This document shows positions 42,982-55,262 of a stretch of DNA of 64,000 bases, piece after piece. The stretch's first letter is position 1, and each line of letters starts with the position of its first letter. A program made the translations under genes and the position numbers. Source of the stretch: Octopus vulgaris (lineage: Eukaryota); assembly GCA_951406725.2 (NCBI GenBank), contig OX597815.1, positions 47,182,001 through 47,246,000 of the forward strand. The letters are read 5' to 3'. A model generated the notes under the pieces. It did no database searches and was not told the DNA's origin. It worked only from the letters and a program-made list of their open reading frames with translations.

Positions 42982-43018
42982 GATTTAACATTTCGAGCGG
43001 AGCTCTTCGTCAGAAACC
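42982..43018 (-). ncRNA. Minimal hammerhead motif in a short element (about 42880-43095) between (AT)n tracts
   Basis: The minus strand reads GGUUU CUGACGA A GAGC-UCC-GCUC GAAA UG UU AAAUC. Stem III AUGU is probably CpG-decayed ACGU. Confidence 0.7.
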
Positions 43019-43092
43019 TAAGAAAAGGAAAGATCCAAGGAAGGGAAGACGGAGGAAAAAAAAATTGCCAACGATACACACGCAGTCACATT

Positions 43093-43162
<70 letters not shown>

Positions 43163-43166
<4 letters not shown>

Positions 43167-43462
43167 TACGGAGATGTACTTGTTTAGCAAGTGACCTGAT
43201 CTGAGATTGTGTTCCGAAACAAAAACAAATTGCAGCGTGGAAGGTGTTTATAAACCATTTAAAATCACGCAAAAACCGTTAGATTCACTTCAACATTTAA
43301 ATCTAATTTGCCAATAGAGATGCAGCACGGAATTTTGTCAGTGATCAGATCACGGTCTCAAAGCAACGAAAATATTTCAGCAAATTAAATTTAAACGCTG
43401 AAGTGAATCTAACGGGTTTTTTATGTGTTTTTAAATGGCTTATAAATACCTTCCACGCTGCA

Positions 43463-43466
<4 letters not shown>
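43163..43466. mobile_element. Fold-back element, same family as 59636-59972
   Basis: Inverted repeat 43227-43466 with the shared leader CGGAGATGTACT, flanked by (AT)n. Confidence 0.88.
43334..43384 (+). ncRNA. Degenerate G3:C8 hammerhead-like motif
   Basis: UUUGUCA GUGAUCA G ... GAAA AUAU UU. Stems I and II are eroded. Confidence 0.5.
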
Positions 43467-43493
<27 letters not shown>

Positions 43494-44230
43494 CAACGGG
43501 CTTCTTTCAGTTTCCACCTGCCAAACCCACCCACAAAGCTTTGATAGGTTGGAGACTATAATAGAAGACAAAGTTACACGCAGTGGGATGGAACCCGCAA
43601 CCATGTTGAGCAGCAAAATACTCACCACAGAGCCACGCCTCATTTTTTGCAAACGAAGAAAAGGAACAACTACTTTTTTATATCATTTGCATTATGAGTT
43701 CATCAGCGAAGCCTAATATTAATTAAACTTGCCAAAGATGTGACGAAAGAAACATTAAGTGCGTTTGGGTACGTGATACTGTACTGTATGGTGAAAAAGA
43801 AAACCCAGAATTGTTTGGAATATAAATATTTTAGAGATGATATCAGCATAAAAACAATAGATAAGTAGTGTTAACATATCACATTCGTCACCGCATGATT
43901 ATTTCTTGTTAAAATTTTTAAGACTCCGTGCTTTATATGTTTATTATTACTAAAGGTATTGTTTGTCGTATGGAAGACGTCTCAGAATTATAATAATAAT
44001 CTGCGAAGATTGTCTGAGAGATATTGCAGTATCATAGTTAAAGCTCTAGACACAAATATGCTCCGCACGCAGACATATTTTGCACATAGTCTGTTGAACA
44101 AAACACAAGGAATAGAACTCAGTGCATACACAGACACACACTGACACACACACACACACACAAACACACGCACACAAACACACGCACAATGTGTGCATGC
44201 GTGTGTGTGTGTGTGTGCGTGTCTGTGTGT

Positions 44231-44790
44231 AGGCGCAGGCGTGGCTGTGTAGTAAGAAGCTTAATTGCCAACCAATTAATTCCAGATTCAGTGCTTCGCA
44301 CAATAGGCAATTGTCTTTTACTGTACTCTCGGACCGACCGAAGCCTTGTCAGTAGATTTGGATGATGGAAACTAAAAGAAGCCCTTCGTATATATATCCC
44401 TATATATATATGTAAGGGTATGTGGATGATTGTGCCTCGATCTGTCGATCACTACCGTTTGGCAACTTGTGTTGGTGTGTTTACATAAAAAGATATGATA
44501 AATACCAGGATTTTACAAATGTACTGGGGTTGGCTCATTCGACTATAAGCTCCTAAAGGCGGTGCACCAGAATGGTCTCTGTCTGCTGATTGAAACTAGT
44601 TAAAAAGATATATATATATCCCGTTCGTGGAGTCGCAATGGCCCAGCGGTTAGGGTAGCGGACTCTCGGTCATATGATCGTGGTATTGATTCCCAGACCG
44701 GGTTTTGTGGGTGTTTAAAACACTTAAAGCTTCACGGAGCTCCGACAGGGGGTGGCGGCGAACCCTGTTGTACTCTTTCTCCCCACTTGG
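44231..44790 (+). mobile_element. Family B SINE followed by a second tRNA-derived SINE (44628-44790, related to 62150-62420)
   Basis: Heads AGGCGCAGGCGTGGCTGTGTAGTAAG and TGGCCCAGCGGTTAGGGTAGCGGACT. Confidence 0.8.
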
Positions 44791-45136
44791 AACATACATT
44801 GCTTATGTTTCAGGGATGGTATTACACTCTTAAAATTTTTCACATAATGAGTAACGGTACCCCTGGGGGCAGAAAACATGCATTCCTGGGTTATGTGGAG
44901 AAGGGAGGTGAGTTTTTGCGAAATAACTATCAGAAATTGATTGTCTCCCTTACATCTATTGGTCATAAAAAATTGCTTTTTATATTAGCTTCACGTCTTT
45001 GAAAGATTTTAAAATATTTACTTCCGGTATTCTAGCGTCAGTGACGTCTATATCTCTCTATCACTCTCTCTCTCTCTGTATATATATATATATATCACTA
45101 TATCTATCTACCTCTCTGTATCTATCTGCCTCTATC

Positions 45137-45208
<72 letters not shown>

Positions 45209-45239
45209 GTCTATCTTATTTTTCTAACTAGCTAACTAT

Positions 45240-46310
45240 CTCTCTCCCCTCTCTCTATATCTCACTCACTATTGTTTTCACTTTCATTTTTCAGACACTA
45301 TTGTTTTCACTTTATGTTCAATTGCTATTGTTTTTAATATAAGTTTTCAATCGCTTTTTATAAACAACAACAAATTACTAACATAAAGAAGTTCACAATT
45401 ACTGATGAAAGTAATTTCATACATGATTTACTGACATAAGTAACTTCACAAGTTTCACTTCAATCCGTACACATCGTTAAATTTACCTACAAACTTCTTA
45501 TTTACTTTTGCAACGCTTTGTGTTTTTTGTTGTTGTTTTTTTTTTTTTTGTTGACGGAATTACTGATAAAAGTAAGTTCATAATTTACTGACAGAAATAA
45601 CTTCAAAAATTTCACTTACCCAGTTATTTTCATTGTTTACTATCCTCTGCACCCGTGTATTTCTGTATACGTATATAACAATACCTAGAAGGAAAGTGTC
45701 AAATTTGTCTACAATGTCAAGGTCAGCCAAAAAATGTCTCTCTCCTGGGAAAGAGAGACAGCTGCAGAAAGGGAAGCATACCAACTGTGCACTACAAAAG
45801 CCAAAGCATCACAAAGTGAAGAACAGAAGTGAAGAACGGCTGACAAGGAATAGGTATCTCCACTGCAGAACGAGGAGTAGTTGCAACAGCTCAGAGAAGC
45901 AACTTTTATGAAGTAGCTTTCAATTATGATCCAGCAGTTCATTATGCAGATGACACTAGAGTTCCGATTGGTGCAATGATAACTGAGTGCATATATTGTA
46001 AAGCAAGGAAGTGGCCTGGAGAGAGACTTGCACTTTGCAGCAGTGGTGGAAATGTTAAAATCGCTGCAATTCCCTAAACTTCAGAGTCATTGATGAAACT
46101 GTTGGCATCAACTGATCAAGATTCCAAGCACTTGCAAAACAAAATTAGACAATACAGCGCTGCACTACTGATGGCATCATTTGAAGCCACAAGAGATTTT
46201 ACTAAGCCAGGATTCATGCACACTTTCAAGATCCAAGGTCAGATTAATTATCGGATTGGCTCTCTACTGCTTCAGTCAAATGAATCACGAAAATGGTCCT
46301 TTCATTGTTT
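45240..46310 (+). pseudogene. Helitron 5' remnant (RepHel N-terminal region)
   Basis: AFNYDP..IGAM..CIYCKARKWPGE..C and SKHLQNKIRQYSAALLMASF..FMHTFKIQGQINYRIGSLL. Short internal repeats lie upstream. Confidence 0.85.
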
Positions 46311-46559
46311 ATAATTTCTACCTGATTTTTGGTTACGAAATAACGTACAGGAAACTTGTTTTTGAATTAAGTGCATTTATTTGATGTACATATATGAGTT
46401 GAAAACTTTCTTTTCACTTAATATCTATGTTCCATGCTGGGATGGATTGGAATGTTCTTACTGTAGAAAGCTGGTATCTCAGCCACTAGCAGTTCAGATC
46501 TACGTAATCTAGACGGCATTTTAAAATTTCATTATTTCCGTTAACCCTATATATATATG

Positions 46560-46605
<46 letters not shown>

Positions 46606-46608
<3 letters not shown>

Positions 46609-46770
46609 GCAGGAGTGGCTGGGTGGTAAGAAGCTTGCTTCCCAACCACATGGTTTCGAGTTCAGTCTCAGAGCGTTGCACCTTGGGCAGGTGTCTTCTA
46701 CGATATCCACGGACTGACAAAACCTTGTGAGTGGATCTGGTAGATGGAAACTGAAAGACGCCCGTCGTAT
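46606..46770 (+). mobile_element. Family B SINE 5' half
   Basis: CGCAGGAGTGGCTGGGTGGTAAGAAGCTTGCTTCCCAACCACATGG. Confidence 0.88.
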
Positions 46771-46773
46771 ATA

Positions 46774-46955
46774 TATTGGAACTTCCGACGCATGTCATTT
46801 TCAAATTTCTGGCAGAGTGAATTGCATCATGGTGTTGTTTTTATCACGGACGGTGCACAACTGACCCTAGTATACTGTATAGCAGCAAACTCAGAAACAA
46901 AGCGCACGTGCGAAATAAAAAATATAAAATGGCCACAATTTACCCATCGCCTCAT
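46774..46955 (-). mobile_element. Terminal fragment of a Tc1/mariner (maT-like) family
   Basis: Matches 49141-49325 and 61135-61323. Confidence 0.7.
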
Positions 46956-47050
46956 CTATACATACATATATATATACATACACATTTATATGTATATAAA
47001 TGTGTGTGTATATATGTGTTTGTGTGTTTGTGTGTGCGTATATAGATATA

Positions 47051-47478
47051 TAATTGTAATCTGAATAAACATTTTAGAACAACGCTTCAACTGTAATAAT
47101 ACTAGTAGAGGTGATATTGGATTTAAAAAGTGACGCTATCACTTTCAGCTGAATACCAACCGCGTTCGCTTGTCTGAATTAGTTCACTTTGAAATGTCGT
47201 TAGAGATGGACCCTTGCTGAGTGGAGATTTAATCACACCAAAAACTATTTTATCAAATAGTTTACTACAGCATATATAACAATGACCAACATATGCTCTT
47301 ACTGCAGCAACTGCACATTGCGCTGTATGCAATTATGCATCCTTGTCACTGCAATTTAAACGAGTGGCCTCTGTTGGTATTCAGTTGAAAGTGCTAAAGT
47401 TACTTTTTAGATCCAATATCACCTCTACTGGTACTACAGTTGAAGCGTTGTTTTAAAATGTTTATTCAGATTACAATT
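47051..47478. mobile_element. Fold-back / MITE-like element with arms of about 110 bp, in (AT)n context
   Basis: TAATTGTAATCTGAATAAACATTTTA..AGTAGAGGTGATATTGGAT..CTGAATACCAAC is mirrored at about 47372-47478. Confidence 0.85.
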
Positions 47479-47496
47479 AATTGTAGTACTCGTGAC

Positions 47497-47571
<75 letters not shown>

Positions 47572-47844
47572 CATATAAATATATATATGTATATAAATGT
47601 ATATATAAATATATATACATACACACAGACATATATACATATAAATATGGATATATATATATATATATATATATTTATTTATTTATTTATTTATACATAT
47701 ATTTATCTATCTATATATATATATTTATACACACACGCACATAACACACACACACATAACATACACACACATATATGTATATATATATTTTCTCTCTCTC
47801 CTTTTTTTCTCTCATTGTTTCTCTTCTTGTTTATTTCTGTGTCC

Positions 47845-47880
47845 CTTTCTGTAGAAGAGCGTAGGCTCGAAACGTAAAAG
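47845..47880 (+). ncRNA. Minimal hammerhead-like motif with an A6U deviation, in a short element (about 47820-47970)
   Basis: CUUU CUGUAGA A GAGC-GUAG-GCUC GAAA CG UA AAAG. It is related to 42982-43018. Confidence 0.6.
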
Positions 47881-47968
47881 ACATTTTTGTATTCCTGAGC
47901 GTTATACTAATACATCTGTTTGTTTTGTACATCACTTGTCTTCGTCTTTTGTTTTTTTCGTAAACTCT

Positions 47969-48038
<70 letters not shown>

Positions 48039-48045
48039 TATATAT

Positions 48046-48960
48046 GAAAATGTCAAGCTGCCATACAAACTGAAGGAGAGAATAATATGCCCAAAAGGAG
48101 GAAGCAGAGTAGATGTAAAAAATTACAGGCCTATCTCTCTGACTTCACACATCAGCAAATCCATAGAAAGAATAGTCAGAGGGAAACTAATTGCATTCTT
48201 TGAAGAAAAGGACTTGCTGAGTGATACCCAGCATGATTTTCGACCAGTTAGGAGCTGCCTACAGCACTATGACTGGGTATTGAAAAAGTTACTTGACAAC
48301 AGAAATGTGGACGTAATATACCTTGACTTTGCAATAGCTTTTGATAAAGTTGATCATGGTATGATATGCCACAAACCGCGCGATTTTTGCATAGCAGGAA
48401 AACGTGGAGAGTGGTTACATGACTTTGTGAAAGATAGAAGTCAGGCAGTGGTGGCCAATGGAGCCACCTCAAAGGAAACATAAATAGTGAGTGGTCTTCC
48501 ACAGGGCACTGTCTTAGGACCACTGCTTTTAACAGTGGCCCTCTCAGATATGCCTTCAGCTGCCCGGGTAGCCACCCTTTCTGGCTATGCAAACGATACG
48601 AAAGCCTCACAGAATATACAAAACCCTAGCGATGTTGCACACCTGTAGCAGGAGCTGGACGGAATTTACAGATAGGCTGAAGAGAATAATATGCAGTTTA
48701 ATGCTGGAAAATTCCAGGCTCCGCACTACCAGAGGCAAAAGTGAACGAAAAACTTGCAGGATACATGGGCCCAGGGGATGTTACAACTCCAGAACCTAAA
48801 TCAGTGCGTGACCTAGGTATCTACATGAGTGATGATACCTCTTTCCAAGTGCATATTGCCTAGATGGTGACAAAGTGTAGACGGCTGGCTGGCTGGATCC
48901 TGAGAACATTCAGAACCAGAGAGAAGGAAACCATGATGGTCCTCTTGAGGACATTCGGGT
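48046..48960 (+). pseudogene. CR1/L2-like LINE reverse transcriptase fragment
   Basis: KNYRPISLTSHISK, QHDFRP, VIYLDFAIAFDKVDH, SGLPQGTVLGPLL and YANDT, with stops. Confidence 0.92.
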
Positions 48961-49326
48961 GACTTTTATGTCCAATGAGTCAACGTTTTGCACGTGCATC
49001 CTGCAGGCATAACTTCGCGATCATTAGAGATCTCTCCAAACGCCATGATCTTGATTGGCTGTTTGATTTTTATCACTCTCGGTAAATATCCTCACATTGC
49101 ATTGTCCTCAGCTTAATACTCAAACTTTCTGAAATGTTCGTATTGGAACTTCCGACGCATGTCGTTTTCAAATTTCTGGCAGAGTGAATTGCGTCATGGT
49201 GTTATTATTCTCACAGACGGTGCCCAACTGACCCTAGTATACTGTGTTGTCGCAAACTCATAAACAATGCGAACGTGCGAAATAAATAAATATAAAACGT
49301 CTACAATTTACTCAGCGCATCCTGTA
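48961..49326 (-). mobile_element. Deleted Tc1/mariner (maT/DD37D-like) element
   Basis: The minus strand starts TACAGGATG and encodes KQPIKIMAFGEISND.EVMP. Confidence 0.65.
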
Positions 49327-49450
49327 TTCATACATACACACATACATACATACATACATACTTACATACATACATACATACATAGATACATACATGCATA
49401 CATACATGCATACATACATGCATGCATACATACATACATACATACATACA

Positions 49451-49486
<36 letters not shown>

Positions 49487-49494
49487 TCTATGTA

Positions 49495-49539
<45 letters not shown>

Positions 49540-49689
49540 CTAATGTAAGATAAAATTTTTTTCCCGAAAAAATTTTACCAATGGCCAGCATATCAAAAAA
49601 TACCTTTAAAGGTTAAATTTATAAATAATTTACAAAAATTAGGGCGAAAGAAACATTCTAATGCCATATACACACATATATATATATAC

Positions 49690-49746
<57 letters not shown>

Positions 49747-50175
49747 GTGGGTGAATGGCCTATTATGGTCGTTCCTTGATTGTGATATATATATATGTAT
49801 ATATACATATATATATGTATATAAACATATATATATATGTGTGTGTGTGTATGTATAAAGTCATAATGTATGGATTCAAGTAATCCGGCAGTATTCATAA
49901 AAAGACTCCTTAGTTTGTCATAGCATAAATCATATAGGGTGTATGGGAATATACATGCATACCTACATGCATACTTACATACATTTATGTATGTATCTAT
50001 ATATGTATATACATATGTGTGTATGTATGTATAAACATTTTAGCTACTGCCGACGGAAGCAGCGCTTGTAAAGAATATTCATTTGTACATCCGACTTAAT
50101 TTGGATGCGTTGCTTTGAACACGAAAAGCTTCGTTAACCGTCTTGAGAAATAATTTCGTATGGACGGATTTTCGA

Positions 50176-50264
<89 letters not shown>

Positions 50265-50344
50265 GTGTGTGCGTATGTGTGTATGTGTGTGTGTATGCAT
50301 TAATTGAAAAAAGCCTGCAACAATCCTATGTGAAGGAGAGAGAG

Positions 50345-50485
50345 AGAGAGCAGACAAAGAAGCCTGGGTTATAAAAAACATCAAGTCAAACCAAAAGGTC
50401 TTCTTTCATCATGCCAAAGGAACAACCTCAATATGCAGCAAAATAGGACTCCTCTTCCAGAAGGATGGCTCTCTTACCGAACTAA
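50345..50485 (+). pseudogene. Short CR1-like ORF2 fragment
   Basis: NIKSNQKVFFHHAK..SKIGLLFQKDGSLT. Confidence 0.55.
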
Positions 50486-51317
50486 TGAATCTAACAAGAG
50501 TTTGTGGTTCTTGTTTCTACCAACAGTAAACGAGTTATAAACTGAGTTGTGCTGATATCTGCCAACCGATAATAAATCATCGGAACTGCGAGAATCGAAA
50601 TGCTGACTTTCATATATAGTCTTAATACGTTCCGGGTGATTCGTACTTGAATATTCTAATCGTTGTTGTATTTGAATATTGGAGAAAATTTCTCCTGTGA
50701 TGAAATGTGTTCATATTGTGTTCATAACATGTTCAATTCATTAGAGTAAGAGAACTCTGGGACATTTTGTGCTTTGACTCATCAGGAGTATCTTTCTTTG
50801 ACGAGAGAGAAAAGGATATCGAAACACGAGGGAAACTAAAGTATACCAATGAATCGAATGTCCTATAAACACACATTCGTCTTAAGGAAATCATTCTTTT
50901 ATGATGAAATACGACAGCAATTTTGATACTCGCAGTCGACCGTGTAATTGCTAATTAATCATCTTATAAATGATAATTTGAAATAAAACTAGACTAGTAT
51001 GTGATTTGAACTTCATTACTTGTTTACATAGATATAATTGCTGTGTTTAGCCGATCGAGAATCCAGTATCAAAAATATGGATTTGATTAATTTTAATTAT
51101 TTCCCTAGTTTACAACTTTTCGTCTCATAAATTTTTAATATTTATTTCCATATTTATTTATGTAGATGCTATCAATTTTAAATGTAATTTCGGAAATAAT
51201 GCAAATATAAGCAACTTCATTTAGAATATTTTAGATGAATGTCCATTATCAACCACTATTAAAAATGCTTGTTTTGTATTAAATATGCTATCGATATTAT
51301 TTATTTCACGAATGCCG

Positions 51318-51496
51318 GGAGCTGGCAGAATAGTTAGTACAACGGACAAAGTACTTACGAGTATTTCGTCCATTTTTACGTTCTGTGTTCAAATTCCGCC
51401 AAGGTCGACTTAGCCTTTCGTTCTTCTGATTTCGATAAAATGACTAGACATCAAGAAATGGGGTTGATGAAATCAACTATTCCCTCCCCAACTAAA

Positions 51497-51555
<59 letters not shown>
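51318..51555 (+). mobile_element. Family A SINE with adjacent (TTA)n
   Basis: GAGCTGGCAGAATAGTTAG..GTTCAAATTCCGCCAAGGTCGAC. Confidence 0.8.
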
Positions 51556-51556
<1 letters not shown>

Positions 51557-52236
51557 TCTTCTTTCAGTTTTGTTTCCATTGCCTGCCAAGTGTCTTCCCC
51601 ACACCTAGGGCAATAAAACTTCGCTATATAGATTGGTAGGCCATTAAAATAAACACACTAGATTGTTCATTTATAAAGTCAATATATATCATAGAAAAAA
51701 AAGGAAAAAAGAAAGAAAATGGAAGAAATGAAAAATGAAAATAAAAAATATCAAAATATGAAATGAAAAAGAAAATGATGAAAAATGGGTGAGAGTGTGC
51801 TTGGTACGTGTGTTTGACAGACCGTAAATAAAAAGAAGAAAATGAAAAAAAGCGTCGACTGAAACTTGATAAATATCTGAATTGACCAGTTAAAAGCCCT
51901 TTATTTTGGAAAGGTTTTAAATTTTGTTAGTGTTACTTATGTACAGTTCTTTTTATGTGGATGACAAGCTCAAGTTTAAGAGAACTAGATGGACTTGGTT
52001 TTGTAAAAATCAAAATTTTCTGAAAATGATATTGTTAAATGCATTACAAAACTCAACAAACAATATATTTTACACAGAACTACTTGCGAAGTATATGTAT
52101 GCGCTATATTATGAAATGTAAAGAGATAAAGCTTTATACATGGTGCCATCCTCAAGCTGTCCCCATTTTATAGATGCAAACAGAGCAATTCTGAAATCTG
52201 AAATATTTCGGGTTCCAAAGAATTTCGAACTGAGTA

Positions 52237-52303
<67 letters not shown>

Positions 52304-52477
52304 ATGTATTTATATACATGAGGGTATGTATGTGTATGATCAGGTATGTGAAAATAATTGTATTGCTGTGTGTGACTGATATGTGAAAAATGTCAACATC
52401 TATCTAATTAGTGCTTTTCTCTCTCTCCACCCTATATACACGTATTCACGCGCACCCATGTATACATACATCACACA

Positions 52478-52543
<66 letters not shown>

Positions 52544-53187
52544 CATATATATATATACATGATACATACTTCCTCACATGCATAGATACACACATCCATA
52601 CAAATATATATACGTGTACATGCGTGTGTGTGTGTGTGTGCAAGTGTGTGTGTGTGTGTGTGATGTGATATTTTATAATCATTACAATTATGGGTTGCAC
52701 CTTCTCAAGTGACGGCACATAAAATTCAAAGAGAAGTAAAAAGGAAATCTCATACACACATAACACATAATAAAAACATACCAAAAAGCAAGGATTAAAA
52801 GTCAACAAGAATTTGAACTTGAGACATGTTCAAAAGAGGGGTGAGGGTGTGATAAAGAAATACAAACATTGATTCTTATTACTTTAGCAGATTTTTGTCT
52901 TTTCGAAGTAACTTTGTCAAACCCAAAACAAACACATGCCCGAATCACATTTGTTGTTTCGGAGTAAGTAGGATGCATTGCAAGCTGTTGTACTAATTTT
53001 TATTCAACTAAACTGATGAGTTAAGCGTTATAAAACGTGATGTGTGTACCAATAATAATAATAATAATACTGGGTCATGATATTTTGCCATCTTGTGTGA
53101 GTGTGCTTATGTCTAGTGAAATTCAGTGTATATAAACCCTCCTTAACTCTCACCAAGCGATATTCATGAAATAATGATTATAATAAT

Positions 53188-53430
53188 ACTTTCTACTACA
53201 GCCACAAGGCCTCAGAAAATTTTGCTGGTTTGTGTGTGTGTGTGTGGGGGGGTTCGGTCGGGAATCGATTACATCGACTCCAGTACTCAACAGGTACTTA
53301 TTTTATCGAACCCGAATAGATAAAAAACCAAAGTCAACCTCGGCGGAATTTGAACTCAGAACGTAAAGACGGACGAAATGCTGCGAAGCATTTTGCCCGG
53401 CACGGTAACGGCTCTTCCAGCTCGCCGCCA
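53188..53430 (-). mobile_element. Family A SINE
   Basis: CCTCGGCGGAATTTGAACTCAGAACGTAAAGACGGACGAAATG. Confidence 0.85.
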
Positions 53431-53437
53431 TAGTAAA

Positions 53438-53526
<89 letters not shown>

Positions 53527-53554
53527 CAACAATGATAATAACTTATTCGTTTAT

Positions 53555-54704
53555 TGTCCACACATGACAACCTAGGGAGAGAAATCCACGGGGAGCTATG
53601 TAGAAAGCTAGCATTTGAACATTCTCATAAATGGTATGAACATGAACCTAGTAAAGTACTAGAAAGTAAGAAATGTAAGATGTTGTGGGACTTCAACATT
53701 CAGACTGAGAGAGACATAGAAACAAACACAGAAAAAGCTAAGCGTATGAAAACCCGTGCTAAAACTGCTGCCTTAGTTAATCTTACTGATAAATGGCAAG
53801 AAAAACCCCTCAATGGCAAATACCCAAAGAGAGCTAGCAATAGTTGTTGATAAAGTCCTTACCCATCAGTGGTTAATGTTATATGGATTATAATCAGAGA
53901 CAGAAAGGTTTATCATAGCAGCCCAAGATCAAAGCCTACCTACAAGGAGCTACCAGGCCAATATATTAAAGAACATATTAAAGTAGCCCAACATGTCGTG
54001 TATGTCAACAACAAAATGAAACCATCGATCATGTCTCCATGGGCAGTCTTCTTGCGCCTACAGAGTATCTCAAGAGGCATGATAGAGCAGCACAGTATAT
54101 TCACTGAGTAATTAGCAAAAACTTGGACCTGCCCCATGATAAAAACTGATGGAAGCACAAACCACCTCTCGTGCTTGAAAACGACCACATCTTACTCGTC
54201 TGGAACTTCACCGTTCAAACTGACAGAAAGATAACTGCGTATAGCCCAGACACTATATGACTGTCCCAATCGACATAAATGTATCTGACAAGACCTACCA
54301 AAAAGCTGAGCACGTATAAAGACCTTGAAATAGAAATTTCTAAAATGTGGAACCTCAAGACTAAAACAATAACTGTTGTCATAGGTGCCCTAGCAATGAC
54401 AGCAAAAGGGGATGATTGCTACATAGCTCTGATACCAGGAAATACAAAAATGGCAGAATTTCAAAAAATAGTGCTCATGGGAACTGCCCATATCCTACGT
54501 ATAATACTTTCTATGTAATCCCAAATTTTAAAATAAACATAATTTTTTTGTTTTCTTAAACATTCTCTAGAACAATACTTTGTGAAAAACCAAATATATG
54601 GTACCCTAGGTATAACACCAACTTGAATTTCTAACCTGTTGTCTCTTGAGGTCTCTTGGTGAGACTTGGATTCAACTTGTACAAATACAAAGCAAAAGCC
54701 ATAG

Positions 54705-54799
<95 letters not shown>

Positions 54800-55003
54800 G
54801 CAATAATAATAAACCGGAATTGACATGAGAGCAGAGCAAGCCCCCCAAACCACTGCTCTGCTGAGGGCAGCTAGGATTTTGAGATTGGTACTTGGATTTT
54901 GCAGAAAGCGACCCTGAGATCCCTCTGACAACAGGCAGTTGTCCCCTCCCACAGAATCAACCAGAGCAAATAGGACTGAGCGCTCTGAGAACTAAAATAA
55001 TAA
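53555..55003 (+). mobile_element. Cluster of R4/Dong-like (RLE) LINE 3' fragments embedded in (TAA)n
   Basis: HDNLGREIH.ELC..KWYEHEP..LWDFNIQT, AAQDQSLPTR..CRVC..ETIDH..RHD and KYKDL-like TYKDLEIEISKMW..VVIGAL..QKIVLMGTAHILR. A (TAA)n tail lies at 54707-54811, followed by a third end TALLRAARILR. Confidence 0.85.
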
Positions 55004-55049
55004 TATATGAAATATTCACTAGAAGTTCATGAATATTCCTCAAATCTAT

Positions 55050-55262
55050 AATATTGGCTTCTGATTTTCGCACAAGGCCAACAATTTCGGGGCACGGGGT
55101 AAGTCAATTAAATTGACCCCCAGTGTTCCATTGGTACTTATTTTATCGACTCCGAAAGGATGAAAGGCAAAGTCGACCTCGGCAGAATTTGAAATCAGAA
55201 CGTAAATACGAACGAAAGCATTTTGCCCGGCGTTCTAAAGATTCTGCCAGTTCGCCGCCTTG
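55050..55262 (-). mobile_element. Family A SINE
   Basis: CCGAAAGGATGAAAGGCAAAGTCGACCTCGGC. Confidence 0.88.

Noticed and set aside
45360-45620. Short spaced repeats (TTACTGACATAAGTAACTTCACA-like) resembling a CRISPR array
   Set aside because: They are irregular and degenerate, in a eukaryotic context with no cas genes. They are internal repeats of the Helitron 5' end.
50755-50790. Minus-strand CTGATGAGTC..AAAATGTC
   Set aside because: It lacks GAAA and the stems are weak, which is compatible with chance. The same applies to CTGATGAG at about 53013.
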